Shown: piece after piece, positions 46,050-46,316 of the stretch | How the letters are laid out: every line of letters begins with the position of its first letter | How positions within the stretch are numbered: position 1 is the stretch's first letter | Assembly (NCBI RefSeq): GCF_000281045.1 | Contig: NW_008246079.1 | Location: 177,283 to 223,598, forward strand | DNA from: Saprolegnia diclina VS20 | Lineage: Eukaryota | DNA: 46,316 nt | Direction: 5' to 3' | Notes under the pieces: generated by a model | Told to the model about the DNA's origin: nothing | The model's input: only the letters and a program-made list of their open reading frames with translations | Database searches by the model: none | Program-made: the position numbers and the translations under genes

Positions 46050-46304
46050 CCACTGTTCTTCGTGTATCGGCCATTGCTGCACATAATGTATCGCGTCCAG
46101 AACCAGCCGCCGCCAAGACCCCAACCGCCGCCGAGACCAAAGCCGCCGCAGATCGAGTCCTTCTGGCCGTCCTCGCGGAGGTGTTGTGGTGTCTGACTCG
46201 GCGCTCAGTTAGGCAGCGACCTCGATCGCCGGCGTGTCGACGGCTGCAGCGGCTGCAAACGTGCTGGCGACGAGCGCGAGAGCGGTAACGACAAACTTGA
46301 CCAA
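46050..46304 (-). pseudogene. Decayed small secreted glycine/tryptophan-rich protein gene
   Basis: TTG in place of ATG after CACAAC gives (L)VKFVVTALALVASTFAAAA, a signal-peptide-like stretch. An in-frame TAA lies at 46211-46209, then a frameshift leads into QHLREDGQKDSICGGFGLGGGWGLGGGW. Confidence 0.5.
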
Positions 46305-46316
46305 GTTGTGATAGAG

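Overview
This is eukaryotic genomic DNA, most likely from a saprolegnialean oomycete (Saprolegnia/Achlya-like). That assignment is inferred from roughly 40-55 nt GT-AG introns, C/G-ending codon bias, oomycete Inr-FPR core promoter motifs and START-FYVE gene expansion. In order, the window holds: five MATE efflux paralogues (one cut by the window edge, two with disrupted frames, two intact); a CLC-6/7-type Cl-/H+ exchanger; a two-WW-domain protein; a C-x6-C-x15-C-x2-H putative zinc-finger protein (second paralogue at 35.6 kb); a calpain-like protein lacking its catalytic Cys and His, with three CBSW domains; an HGGG-repeat (WRKY19-like) zinc-finger protein; two tandem secreted trypsin-family genes (one canonical, one with an altered active site); an R2R3-Myb; ketopantoate reductase head-to-head with proteasome ATPase RPT1; a 3' LINE remnant; three tandem START-like/FYVE genes; a peroxisomal-type mitochondrial-carrier-family gene; and a decayed secreted Gly-rich gene at the right edge. 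I saw no rRNA, tRNA or CRISPR arrays. I found no single, clearly new system. The best leads are the evolving MATE/CLC cluster with vacuolar sorting motifs, the pseudo-enzymes and the uncharacterised C3H finger family. Splice models were read by eye.
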